A stretch of DNA of 64,000 bases from a bacterium BMS3Abin06 (GCA_002897895.1 BDSY01000041.1:36276-100275), one strand, 5' to 3'; positions 10,972 through 20,331 are shown, counted from the first letter of the stretch. The notes: generated by a model from the letters alone, not told the origin. Numbers and translations: made by a program.

Positions 10972-11044
10972 GGGAGTGTCTTTATCAGGCATGGAGGGAA
11001 GCATGACTGGTATTAAAATCCAAAAACAAAAGTTTCTTAACCAG
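10972..11044 (+). pseudogene. HicA-family toxin remnant
   Basis: Translates GSVFIRHGGKHDWY*NPKTKVS*P, the HicA RHGGKHDW(Y/F)xNP signature with two TAA stops. Confidence 0.65.
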
Positions 11045-11053
11045 GTTATAAAA

Positions 11054-11779
11054 ATGAAAAGCACAAAAAAAGATACAAAAGAATGGTTTAAAGAGTGGGC
11101 GAATGAATACGATGATACTCTCGGCAAAATTAAAAGGCATCATCATTTACTCAACCTTGTTGTTAAATTATCTAATGTTAAAAAAAATCAAAAGGTGCTT
11201 GATGTCGGCTGTGGCACAGGTCTTTTGTCTTTGAAATTTCTTGAAAAAGCGGACTGTTTCATTACGGGGATAGACAGTTCATTGGAAATGCTTTCATTAT
11301 TCATTGAAAAAATAAACAAGCTTTCTCTTTCTGACAGGATTGTTTATAAACTTGAAGACGCAGGGTCCCTTAATTTCAAAAAAAATTCATTTGATATAGT
11401 TGCTTCGACAGTAACATTGCATCATCTAAAGAATAAATATTCCACAATAAAAAAGATTCATAATATTTTAAAACCTGGAGGAAGGTTTGTTTTAGGTGAC
11501 ATTGATATGGATACTACCGGCAGGATAACAGATCCAAAACGGTTATTGAGAATGCTTGAATGGTTAAAAGAAGAGTTTGCCCTTGCTTTAAATGAAGGTG
11601 GAGTAGAAGCATTCAGCCGGATGTATGATAATGGGAAAAAGCATATTTTAAATGATGGTGAATATTGTATCGGTTTTAAACAGTGGAAAGAATTATGCAA
11701 AAGAACTGAATTCAGAAAGGTCACAGTTAAATCTTTACCTGACTTTAAATGGTTTAAAGTGCTGGTTGCCATTAAATAA
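11054..11779 (+). CDS. Class I SAM-dependent methyltransferase
   Basis: VLDVGCGTG, FDIVASTVTLHH, LKPGGRF motifs; start reassigned to ATG 11054 because the upstream part is the HicA remnant. Confidence 0.88.
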   Translation: MKSTKKDTKEWFKEWANEYDDTLGKIKRHHHLLNLVVKLSNVKKNQKVLDVGCGTGLLSLKFLEKADCFITGIDSSLEMLSLFIEKINKLSLSDRIVYKLEDAGSLNFKKNSFDIVASTVTLHHLKNKYSTIKKIHNILKPGGRFVLGDIDMDTTGRITDPKRLLRMLEWLKEEFALALNEGGVEAFSRMYDNGKKHILNDGEYCIGFKQWKELCKRTEFRKVTVKSLPDFKWFKVLVAIK

Positions 11780-11954
11780 AAAAACTTTATGATTTCGGCT
11801 TGTCCGAACACTCCGGGCATGGCAGCAAAAAGACATTGTGCCTGATCCACTGAAAAGATTTCTTCCTGAGTTCAGCAAAGATTTCATCCGGCGAGGTTTC
11901 TTTTGACAAATCCCTGGAAATGATATATATCGCATATTTTTTTAGAATCTTTTT

Positions 11955-11982
11955 TAAACCTTTTTCTTTTTTTTGTGTCTAA
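11955..11982 (+). promoter_or_regulatory. Putative ECF-type autoregulatory promoter
   Basis: TAAAC-N16-TGTCTAA ending 8 nt before the sigma ATG; no SD visible. Confidence 0.35.
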
Positions 11983-11990
11983 ATAAGTAA

Positions 11991-12536
11991 ATGAAAGAAG
12001 ACCTGAACCTGATTGAAAAATATCTCGCAGGCAATGAAGAGGCGGTCGAGATGCTTGTAATGAAATATCAGAAGATGATCTATGCCCTTGCCTGCAGAAT
12101 GGTCAATGACATGGAAGAGGCAAAGGATATTACACAGAAAACATTCATTCAGGCGATAAAAAGCATTAAGGGGTTCAAAAAAAAGGCTTCTTTTAAGACA
12201 TGGCTGTACAGGATAGCAGTAAATACAAGTCTGAATCACATGAGAAAAGACGGGCATAAAGAGATAGAGCTTGATGAATCAGCTATCGGGAATCAGTCCG
12301 GTGCACTGTCTTTAATGATTAAGCGGGAAAGGGAAAATCTTATTAAAAAGAGGTTGGATGAACTTCCGAAACAGCAGAGACTCGCCATTATTCTTAGAAC
12401 CTATGAGGGGCTAAGTTGTTGTGAAACTTCACAAATAATGGGATGTTCCGAGGGCGCTGTAAAGGCGCATTATCATTTTGGTGTGAAAAAATTAAAGGAA
12501 ATTTTAGAGGGGAGAAGATATGACATACACTCATGA
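11991..12536 (+). CDS. ECF RNA polymerase sigma factor
   Basis: AKDITQKTF, FKTWLYRIAVN (region 2); region 4 HTH SEGAVKAHYH. Confidence 0.92.
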   Translation: MKEDLNLIEKYLAGNEEAVEMLVMKYQKMIYALACRMVNDMEEAKDITQKTFIQAIKSIKGFKKKASFKTWLYRIAVNTSLNHMRKDGHKEIELDESAIGNQSGALSLMIKRERENLIKKRLDELPKQQRLAIILRTYEGLSCCETSQIMGCSEGAVKAHYHFGVKKLKEILEGRRYDIHS

Positions 12537-13098
12537 CAGGATAAAAGAAATGCTCCCGGACTATGTAAATGGCCTTGTTTCGGAAAAGGCAGGGAAAGAT
12601 ATAGAAACGCATTTAAAAGAGTGTTCCGGTTGTGCAGGGGAAGTCTCTTTTATTTCAGAGCTTATAAAAGTGGAAGTGCCTGATCCGGGAGAGCTTTACT
12701 GGAAGACTCTGCCTCAAAAGATGCGGGCGATTTCTACTCAGAGGGATGAAAAGAGGTTTTCTTTCAGCTCGTTATTAAGGCCGGCCCCTGTCTTTGCAAC
12801 GACCTTATTAATTGCAATCGTTATTATATCTTCCGTTTACATAATAAATACAAAATCGAACGGGATTGACTTTTTGTTCGAGGACCCACTGGCTTTTCAG
12901 GCCATTGATATAAACGGTATTTCCGAAGAGGATTTGTCAGCCGCTATTGGAGAAACTATTAAAGAAAATACAACCGAAATATTTTACACGGAAGATTTCA
13001 GTCCACATTCCTATTTCATGGAATTTGCTTCCCTGAACTCATGGGAGCTGGAAGGCATCTATGAGGTATTAAAGGGAGAACAACAAACAGGAGGTTAA
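12520..13098 (+). CDS. Zinc-binding (zf-HC2) transmembrane anti-sigma factor
   Basis: HLKECSGC motif, one TM helix, overlaps the sigma gene. Confidence 0.85.
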   Translation: MTYTHDRIKEMLPDYVNGLVSEKAGKDIETHLKECSGCAGEVSFISELIKVEVPDPGELYWKTLPQKMRAISTQRDEKRFSFSSLLRPAPVFATTLLIAIVIISSVYIINTKSNGIDFLFEDPLAFQAIDINGISEEDLSAAIGETIKENTTEIFYTEDFSPHSYFMEFASLNSWELEGIYEVLKGEQQTGG

Positions 13099-13100
13099 AA

Positions 13101-13667
13101 ATGAAAAAAAACATAATTAAAATTTTGCTGATATTCTTTCTGGCGCTCGGCTTTAGCGCTGACGGCATGGCATCGCCTGACAGGGACGACCATAACAGGC
13201 CGCCCTCAAAGGAGCAGATGGAGAGGGTCAGGAAGAGGATAGAGACCATGAGGATGTGGAAGCTCACTAAAGCCCTTGACCTTGATGAAAAGACCGCTGC
13301 CCGGCTTTTCCCGTTACTCAATAAGTATGACAAGAAGAGGGCTGAGATTGAGAGGGATATTAAAGATAATATGATGGATCTCAGAGAAGCACTGGAAGAT
13401 GAAAAAGAAAGTAAACTGAGAGACCTCATTGAAAGGCTTGAGAAGAGCCACAAGGCGCTTCAGAGTTTAAATGACGAGGAAAGAACGGAATTGAAGCAGA
13501 TCCTTACAGTCAGGCAGCAGGCAAAGTACCTCATCTTCCTGCAGGAGTTCAACAGGGAGATCAGGCATATAATTGCAGAGGCAAGGAAGAAACGGCCTGG
13601 GAGGTTTAGAAAGGAGAGACAGGAGCGAGATTTTCCTGATCACCCGTTCCCTCCCGAGGAACGATGA
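13101..13667 (+). CDS. Periplasmic helical Spy/CpxP-like protein
   Basis: Signal peptide, LDLDEK...ILTVRQQAK (LTxxQ-like) pattern; usual third gene of such ECF operons. Confidence 0.65.
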   Translation: MKKNIIKILLIFFLALGFSADGMASPDRDDHNRPPSKEQMERVRKRIETMRMWKLTKALDLDEKTAARLFPLLNKYDKKRAEIERDIKDNMMDLREALEDEKESKLRDLIERLEKSHKALQSLNDEERTELKQILTVRQQAKYLIFLQEFNREIRHIIAEARKKRPGRFRKERQERDFPDHPFPPEER

Positions 13668-13721
13668 GATATAAAACAACAGAAGGAATCCCCTGTCATA
13701 ATCGTATTGAGAAAGAGTTAT

Positions 13722-15212
13722 ATGTTTAATGTAATGAGAATGACCGTTGTTTTGTTTCTCTTTTTATTGACCGCATGCGGTGGAAGTCAGAGTGGAGGTG
13801 AGAGTGGTGATACGAGTGCAACTACAACTTCAACTGGAGGCAGTCTGACAACACTGGAGTACGAGGATTCGCCGTTCGGCTTTCATCCTGCTTTAGTCAA
13901 CAGGTTCGGTTACAGTGATAATGGTTATGTAGATGCCCGGAAGATTGGTGTCAGGTGGAACAGGCCGAGTCTTTATACCTTCTGGTTTAAGGTGCAACCG
14001 GATATTAATGACCCTGCTTATCACTGGGAAGAATATGATACTCTTTACGGAAATGTTCCTGAAGGGATAAACATACTTGCAAATATTGCAACGCAGCCGC
14101 GAAGTTATGATGCAGGTTATGAAATTCCGGGTAGTTATTTGCCTGTTGATGAGGGTAAATACACTGCCTTTGTCAAAGCCACGGTAGAACGCTATGACGG
14201 TGACGGTATCGGTGAAGAAGATTTCAACGGTGGTGTTTTCCCCAACCCCATTAAATACTGGCAGGTGGATAATGAACCGAATGCATTAACAAAAACAGGT
14301 TATGCAGGGTTGCAGCAGATAACATATATGGCTATCAAAGAGGCATGTTCAGATTGTCAGGTTCTCATAGGCGGGGCAACCGGGTTTCCTGATAATTTTG
14401 CAGACAATTTTTCAGTGTATGCTCAAATTCTATCTGATCTGAACGGTCAGTATGTTGATATATTCGATTTTCACTGGTACGGGTTTGCTGACGGGGATTA
14501 TCACGAAAGTAAGGATGCGTGTGACCTTGTGAGGTCGAAACTGAATGAATATGGTTTTGGGAATATCCCTGTATGGATAACCGAGATGGGCAGTCATAGC
14601 GGCACAATAACCTGGGAAGACCCCTATAATGGTTTATATCAAACCGAAGCCCAGCAGGCAGAAGACTATTTAAAGCGTTTTATCTATCCTCTGTCTTTCG
14701 GGGTTAAAAAAATCTTCCCCGCCTTTGGATTAATTGAAGGGTTTAAACAGAATAATGGATATTTTGACCACACCGGTCTGCTATATGACGGGGAAGACCC
14801 TGATGTTGGTGATGATAAGGGCCTGGGTATTAAGAAACTCGGCTACTACAGTTACAAACTGATGACGGAAAAACTCGAAGGTTCTGATTGGGATAAGATC
14901 CGGACAATACAGGAATCCGGCAATGTTCATATCTATAAATTTACCAAAGACAATAATTCCATTTATGTTGCCTGGTGGGATTATTTTGATGAGGCGGGTT
15001 ATCAAGAAGGCGATACAAAGACAATTGCTTTTGATATTGATTTTACAGGTGATGCCTTGATTACCGATGCTGTTCCCAATGCTGTTTCAGGAGCGGTTTT
15101 AGATGAGAATAACTATCCGGATTTCTTTGAAACAGAAACCAAATCAGTAACTAACGGCCAGGTAACTATAACCCTTGGTGAAAATCCTGTGTTTGTGGAA
15201 GCAGCACAGTGA
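13722..15212 (+). CDS. Lipoprotein glycoside hydrolase, clan GH-A-like
   Basis: LTAC lipobox, Ser/Thr linker, WQVDNEP acid/base and WITEMG nucleophile motifs. Confidence 0.7.
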   Translation: MFNVMRMTVVLFLFLLTACGGSQSGGESGDTSATTTSTGGSLTTLEYEDSPFGFHPALVNRFGYSDNGYVDARKIGVRWNRPSLYTFWFKVQPDINDPAYHWEEYDTLYGNVPEGINILANIATQPRSYDAGYEIPGSYLPVDEGKYTAFVKATVERYDGDGIGEEDFNGGVFPNPIKYWQVDNEPNALTKTGYAGLQQITYMAIKEACSDCQVLIGGATGFPDNFADNFSVYAQILSDLNGQYVDIFDFHWYGFADGDYHESKDACDLVRSKLNEYGFGNIPVWITEMGSHSGTITWEDPYNGLYQTEAQQAEDYLKRFIYPLSFGVKKIFPAFGLIEGFKQNNGYFDHTGLLYDGEDPDVGDDKGLGIKKLGYYSYKLMTEKLEGSDWDKIRTIQESGNVHIYKFTKDNNSIYVAWWDYFDEAGYQEGDTKTIAFDIDFTGDALITDAVPNAVSGAVLDENNYPDFFETETKSVTNGQVTITLGENPVFVEAAQ

Positions 15213-15487
15213 AACTCAATAAGGAGAAGACACCTCAACTTTAGAAGTCAGAATAACTATGCAAGATGCTCAAGAGTTGAAGCAGCCACTTTCCCTTTGA
15301 GTGCAAAAAATTTCATAAATTGTCCCCGGCAAGTATAAACTACCGGAAAACGGCAAACAGAAATACCCACCCTAAAGAGCAAAACCGCAGGAATAACCGG
15401 TTATTTTGAGGATGTTGTGATTGAGGAGCAGCCGAAGACGACCCGAAGATGAGATGTGAGAATGGCATTTTATTTTTGGGCGGGCCC

Positions 15488-15709
15488 TTAGGCTGCAATT
15501 AATTCTAATTTCTCTTTTGTCTCAGCAGGAAGGCGTATAGGTGCAAAATAATCTGAAGGATACAAATAATCTTCCCCGGATTCATCTATAACTCGTATCT
15601 GATGATGTTTTTCTGCTGCCTTATCCACTAATACTTCATATATCTTCTTAGTCTCTAATGATGCTTTATATCCACGATTGTTTACACAAACCATAAAATG
15701 TTTTTTCAT
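15488..15709 (-). CDS. Small conserved hypothetical protein (downstream gene of a TA-like pair)
   Basis: RBS GGAGAG; RVIDESGEDYLYP motif recalled from small two-gene modules. Confidence 0.65.
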   Translation of the reverse strand: MKKHFMVCVNNRGYKASLETKKIYEVLVDKAAEKHHQIRVIDESGEDYLYPSDYFAPIRLPAETKEKLELIAA

Positions 15710-15792
15710 AAGCTCTCCTTCAAATTCTTAATTCCATGTCTAACAGCAATTCTTTCTACTTCCCTTATTTTTCCGACTACCTTGAAGTACAT
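15706..15792 (-). pseudogene. Truncated upstream partner gene, 28 aa
   Basis: MYFKVVGKIREVERIAVRHGIKNLKESL* with ATGA overlap onto the 15709 start. Confidence 0.45.
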
Positions 15793-15983
15793 ATTTAATT
15801 TTAACAGATTTCATAAGAATATCATAAATACAGGACAATTCACTATGGAGCAAATTATTTATAGCTGCTATCCCGGTTCTCTACAGGTCCCTAATGCCTG
15901 TTCAATATCCTGCTTATGCTCATTCTTTCCTTTCTAAACCCTGACAGTTGGTCTGCCAAAAATTTCATAAATTCCTTTACATC

Positions 15984-16130
15984 GTGAGGCTCTTGCAAAA
16001 GTCCCTGCAAAAAGACCTGTGCCGTCATACCCGTGGAAACGGGTATCCAGAAGTCTTTGTTTTTTAAAGAAACTGGATTCCCGATTACTAACTCGGGAAT
16101 GACAAAACAAGACTTTTGCAAGAGCCTCAT
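15984..16130. mobile_element. MITE-like element, family B copy 2 (inverted)
   Basis: Near-identical reverse complement of 10391-10537. Confidence 0.8.
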
Positions 16131-16850
16131 CGTAAGAAAACAATAATTGTATCTCTTTACTGCGAGTAAACCCCTGAAATTTTCCGATCCAATTTTTCAA
16201 CGTATAATGCTCTTGAATTAAACAGTAAGGGTAACTGCTCAGGTCTCCCTCTTTGGCAAAGAGGGGATAAAGAAAATATACCGGAGTAGATACCATTAGC
16301 TTAAAAATACACCGGAGAATTTCCTTGCTGCTGCATAGAAAAAAATACGTTACCGAATTTATGAACCGGGGTCCTTAGGTGAATAATGTCTTACTTTTAT
16401 TTCAGCTTTAAGATTATCACAAGCCGTATTCCAGCCTGATGCTTTTTTACCAGAAGCGCATCAAAACGAGTCTTTATGTCTGGTGGAATATTCATGAATG
16501 GTATTATCCAACATGATAGATAACATTACAAATATGGTGTTATCCAGCATGTCTTGGGATTTCTACTAATAAAATCCCAAAAAAAAATAGCAATATAAAT
16601 TGTAAGTTACAATGCTGATCTGGTATTATCTGAAAAATCACATACGCACGTTAGATGATAACTAAGGAGACACATGAGAACACCAAGAGTCAATGATAGT
16701 ATTCCAGTTTTTATTATGACTGAGTTTAGAAATCTGATTAATGACGGATGCATCTGTTAAGCTCTTTGATAAGACTATTGAAGAAATGGTTGAACACTTT
16801 GATGCAAAAAGATTATTCAAAATTAAAGATAAAAAAATAATGAATATTTA

Positions 16851-16964
16851 ACCAAACAAGGGTATGCGTGCCAGCAGTCCTCTTTTTGGTTTTGGATGGT
16901 TTTATGTTTGCAAACATCTTTTTGCATTTCAAAATCCTTTCGGGCACGCAACCCTTAGTTCGGC
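16851..16964 (+). mobile_element. Integron attC-like recombination site
   Basis: ACCAAAC-AAGGGT-ATGCGTGCC ... GGCACGCA-ACCCTT-A-GTTCGGC: imperfect palindrome with AAC/GTT cores and unpaired bases; starts right after a TAA and is followed by RBS+ATG. Confidence 0.6.
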
Positions 16965-16983
16965 GATACATCAAAAAAGGAGA

Positions 16984-17361
16984 ATGATGAGAAAGATAAT
17001 TATTCTATTAATAGCTATTTCGACTATTTCGATTTATCAAGCTTATGCTAATGACAGAGACCTTGATAAGCAACTTAGAAACAAATGGAATTTAATGATT
17101 ACATATTTAAAGGAAGGCAATAAAGAGAAAGCATTAGAACTAATAGATCCCTTCACAAGGAAAGACTATGCAGTAATGTTTGAAGCACTAAAAGACCAAA
17201 TGCCACAAATAGTTTCTACTCCAGTTGATTTTAAGCTTATAGAAATTCGGGATAATTTTGCAAAATACGAATTAATAACTAAAGAAAAGGGGATTCTATA
17301 TTCATATGAGGTGATATTTTTTGAAAGAATAAAAGGACAATGGTTTATTTCAGAATTTTAG
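16984..17361 (+). CDS. Exported hypothetical protein (putative gene cassette)
   Basis: AAGGAG RBS, signal peptide MMRKIIILLIAIS...AYA, AT-rich; begins 20 nt after the attC-like site. Confidence 0.7.
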   Translation: MMRKIIILLIAISTISIYQAYANDRDLDKQLRNKWNLMITYLKEGNKEKALELIDPFTRKDYAVMFEALKDQMPQIVSTPVDFKLIEIRDNFAKYELITKEKGILYSYEVIFFERIKGQWFISEF

Positions 17362-17518
17362 CAATGTTTTTAATTTAATGTATCAACTCCGTGCACAATG
17401 AACGAGTGCCACCTCTCTCCATTCTTCAGGCAATGTAAATATCTGGGAGTTGAAGAAAAAAACATTGTAAAATCTCTAGGATGAAGACCTACTATTAAAA
17501 ACTAAAAAGTGAAGAACT

Positions 17519-17663
17519 CGACAGTACCGAGTTCTGTCATTCCGGCTTGTCCGGAATCTATAACCCTTTGATTTTCCCGGATTCCCGACAAGCGGGAATG
17601 ACAACTGCGTGGTCATGACGTTTTCTTTAGAATCAACATCTTAAAAGAGAACTCGGTACTCTT
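17519..17663. mobile_element. MITE-like element, family C, with 12-bp flanking direct repeats
   Basis: Subterminal inverted repeats AGTACCGAGTTCT / AGAACTCGGTACT; AAGTGAAGAACT at 17507-17518 and 17664-17675. Confidence 0.7.
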
Positions 17664-17882
17664 AAGTGAAGAACTTGAAGACAATTTAAAAGATATTTTT
17701 CAGGAAATTACCAGCGGAAATATTCCTTGTGTGCGTAAAGTCGCAGAACTCCAGGTCTCTTGAAAAGAAATATCCCACAATAAAAAAGATTCATATTTTT
17801 AAAAAAGCATTTATAAGTGCCGACAATAAAGGACGAGGGGAGGGCACCTCCTGTTAGTTTTACTTTAAAGAAAAAAACAACT

Positions 17883-18143
17883 TTATAATTTAGGCTTGTC
17901 CGAACACTCCGGCCAGGGTCTGCCTGTCTTTGCTCCTCTGAAGACATAAAGAACACATCTATCAACATGACAGCCAAGTTTTTCTTGCAGTCTTCGATAA
18001 AGATCTTCAGGGTCGGCGTTGATTGCTTCCTCTGGCGTGCGGATGCCGATAAGATACAATTTTTTGGCAATAGCGGGTCCAACATTGGTTAAGCTTTGAA
18101 GATTTTTTAATATAGCTTTTTTTGATTGTTCAGACATTTTCAT
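17883..18143 (-). CDS. Helix-hairpin-helix protein (Cdd1/TfoX-C-like)
   Basis: LTNVGPAIAKKLYLIGI HhH, DPEDLY...DRCVLYVFR; GGAGG RBS. Confidence 0.7.
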   Translation of the reverse strand: MKMSEQSKKAILKNLQSLTNVGPAIAKKLYLIGIRTPEEAINADPEDLYRRLQEKLGCHVDRCVLYVFRGAKTGRPWPECSDKPKL

Positions 18144-18226
18144 TCAAAGATAGTCCTCCCTTAGACGTTCCATGTCAGCAAAAGGACATTGTGCCTGATC
18201 CACAGCATGATGTTAATTACAGCCCA

Positions 18227-18979
18227 TCAGGCTACAAGTCTGGCAATGTCTCTGTAAGTTACAAACACTGTGAGGATAATAAACAGCAGTATTCCAACTA
18301 CACTCACCGTTTGGTGAATCTTCAGACTCAGAGGTTTTCGCCTTAACGCCTCAATGAGAAGCATGAATAAATGTCCGCCGTCAAGGGCGGGCAGGGGAAG
18401 GAGATTAATAATGCCCAGACTGATACTTAAAAAACCGCTAAAGTATAGCAGGCTTATAAAACCTTTGCCCGCTGCCTTGCCCGCTAATGAAGCAATCCCT
18501 AAAGGCCCTGCCAATCCTTCAGCAGTACCATTGCCTGAAAAAAGGTCAAAGAAAAATCCTGCTGTGCCGGCAAATACTTCCCATACAGTATTAGCGCTCA
18601 TTGATATGGATTCGCTCAGGGGATAATGTTTTCCGAAAACAAATACCAATATAAAAATCAAAAAGGCAAATAATATGTTAAACACAGACCCTGCCGACAT
18701 TATCAGCGCACGATTGAAATATGAAGTATTAAACAAGTCAACTGACTCTCCTGCACCTTCCTTTGAAAAGCTCACAAAGCCGCCGAGCGGAAGCAGCCGG
18801 AGGGTAAACTCTGTTTCTTTATGCCGGAAGAGTGTAATTATTTTCGGGCTGAAAGGGAAGCCGATAGAAAATTCATACGCTTTTACTCCTGCCTTTCTCG
18901 CAGCAATAAAGTGGCCGAATTCATGAACCAGTACAATAATGGTGAAAGCAAAAATAAACGCAAATAAAGAAACCATCAT
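18227..18979 (-). CDS. rseP: Site-2 protease, M50 family (RseP-like, no PDZ)
   Basis: HEFGH zinc motif and NLLPLPALDGG. Confidence 0.85.
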   Translation of the reverse strand: MMVSLFAFIFAFTIIVLVHEFGHFIAARKAGVKAYEFSIGFPFSPKIITLFRHKETEFTLRLLPLGGFVSFSKEGAGESVDLFNTSYFNRALIMSAGSVFNILFAFLIFILVFVFGKHYPLSESISMSANTVWEVFAGTAGFFFDLFSGNGTAEGLAGPLGIASLAGKAAGKGFISLLYFSGFLSISLGIINLLPLPALDGGHLFMLLIEALRRKPLSLKIHQTVSVVGILLFIILTVFVTYRDIARLVA

Positions 18980-19089
18980 ATATATCCTCCATTAAATGAA
19001 TTATTTTTTTAAATGTTCTCTACGTGGCCCCTAATGCCTGTTCAATATCCGATAAAAGATCCGCACTGTCTTCAATTATTGCTGAAGAA

Positions 19090-20331
19090 TCAGCTATTCC
19101 GGAGAAAAGCTTCGAATTCACTTCTGAACTTCTTGACCATTGTCTCAATGGGCATGGCAGCGGCATATCCAAATGCACATATAGTAGAGCCTTTTATGTA
19201 ACGGCATAATCGCAGGATCTGCTCAATATCTTTTTCAGTTCCGCTTCCCGTGACTATCCTCTCAATTAAGAATTTAATCATATTTGTCCCCTCACGGCAG
19301 GGTGCGCATTGGCCGCAGGATTCATGAGCATAGAATTTTGCCGTCTTTTGCGCAATAAGGGGAATGGAGGTATCTTCATCTAAAACAATAATACCCCCTG
19401 AGCCAAGCATGGTACCAACGGAATGAAGGGACTGGAAATCCATATCAACATCTATCTCATCATGTTTAAGGATTGGAGAGGAAAGCCCCCCCGGTATGAC
19501 CGCCTTCAGACGCTTTCCGTCTTTTATACCACCGGCAGCTTCATAAATTAGTTTTTTCAGAGACGTTCCCATTGGATACTCATAAAGTCCGGGGTTGTTG
19601 ACATGCCCGCTGATCCCGAAGAGTTTTGTGCCTCCCCTTCCAAGTTTCCCGATGGCCTTGAATGCCTCAGGGCCGTTTTCAATAATAAAAGGAATAAATG
19701 AAAGGGTTGTAACATTATGGATTACAGTTGATTCGCCGTAAAGTCCTGCTGCTGCCGGAAACGGCGGCTTCAATCTCGGACGACCGGCTTTGCCTTCGAG
19801 CGATTCTATAAGGGCGGTCTCTTCACCGCATACATAAGCTCCTGCACCCCTGAATACATCTATGAAAAAAGAAAAACCGGAATCCATGATGTTATTTCCA
19901 AGAAAGCCTTTTGCCTGGGCCTCTTCAATTGCCTTCACGAGCGCCTTTGCCATCCGCAGGTATTCGCCCCGGATATAGATAAAGCCGTGATGTGCTCCGG
20001 TTGCACAGGCGGCAATGGTCATCCCCTCGATCAGGAGATGAGGATCAGATTCCATAATATATCTGTCCTTGAACGTGCCCGGTTCTCCTTCATCTGCATT
20101 GCAGATGAGATAGACTGTCTTTTTCCTGTATTTTGTCAGTAACTTCCACTTTGCAGCGGCAGGGAATCCCGCGCCTCCTCTTCCCCTGAGTCCCGACTCT
20201 TCAACTATTGAAGTGATCTCTTCCGGAGACAATGAAAGGGCCTTCTTAAGCGCTGCATATCCTCCGCGACCTGAATATATCTCTATTGATTGCGAATCCG
20301 GGATCTCTTTATTTTTCAGCAGGATTTTCAT
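19090..20331 (-). CDS. nuoF: NuoF-like FMN/NADH-binding subunit of the formate dehydrogenase complex
   Basis: GRGGAGFP, NADEGEPGTFKDR, GAYVCGEETAL, SCGQCAPCREG; no extra ferredoxin domains. Confidence 0.9.
   Translation of the reverse strand: MKILLKNKEIPDSQSIEIYSGRGGYAALKKALSLSPEEITSIVEESGLRGRGGAGFPAAAKWKLLTKYRKKTVYLICNADEGEPGTFKDRYIMESDPHLLIEGMTIAACATGAHHGFIYIRGEYLRMAKALVKAIEEAQAKGFLGNNIMDSGFSFFIDVFRGAGAYVCGEETALIESLEGKAGRPRLKPPFPAAAGLYGESTVIHNVTTLSFIPFIIENGPEAFKAIGKLGRGGTKLFGISGHVNNPGLYEYPMGTSLKKLIYEAAGGIKDGKRLKAVIPGGLSSPILKHDEIDVDMDFQSLHSVGTMLGSGGIIVLDEDTSIPLIAQKTAKFYAHESCGQCAPCREGTNMIKFLIERIVTGSGTEKDIEQILRLCRYIKGSTICAFGYAAAMPIETMVKKFRSEFEAFLRNS

Noticed and set aside
10706-11779. Possible Sec read-through: ORFs 10706-10963 and 10976-11779 share a frame across a single TGA (CCDEPD*PFQG)
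   Set aside because: The intervening DNA is better explained as a HicA relic in another frame. No convincing SECIS or redox motif is present, and the methyltransferase is complete from ATG 11054.
13665-13707. TGA of the Spy-like gene is in frame with the downstream glycoside hydrolase
   Set aside because: No Cys-equivalent context or SECIS; the downstream gene has its own lipoprotein signal.
15213-15487. Possible riboswitch or ncRNA in this intergenic gap
   Set aside because: No recognisable consensus by eye; an Rfam/Infernal scan would be needed.
15891-16296. Short track ORFs here and at 8707-8985, 24470-24709, 52853-53245 and 59364-59567
   Set aside because: They translate MITE or palindrome sequence and are spurious.
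8864-17663. Dispersed palindromic repeats as a possible CRISPR array
   Set aside because: They are not regularly spaced direct repeats with unique spacers, and no cas genes are present.
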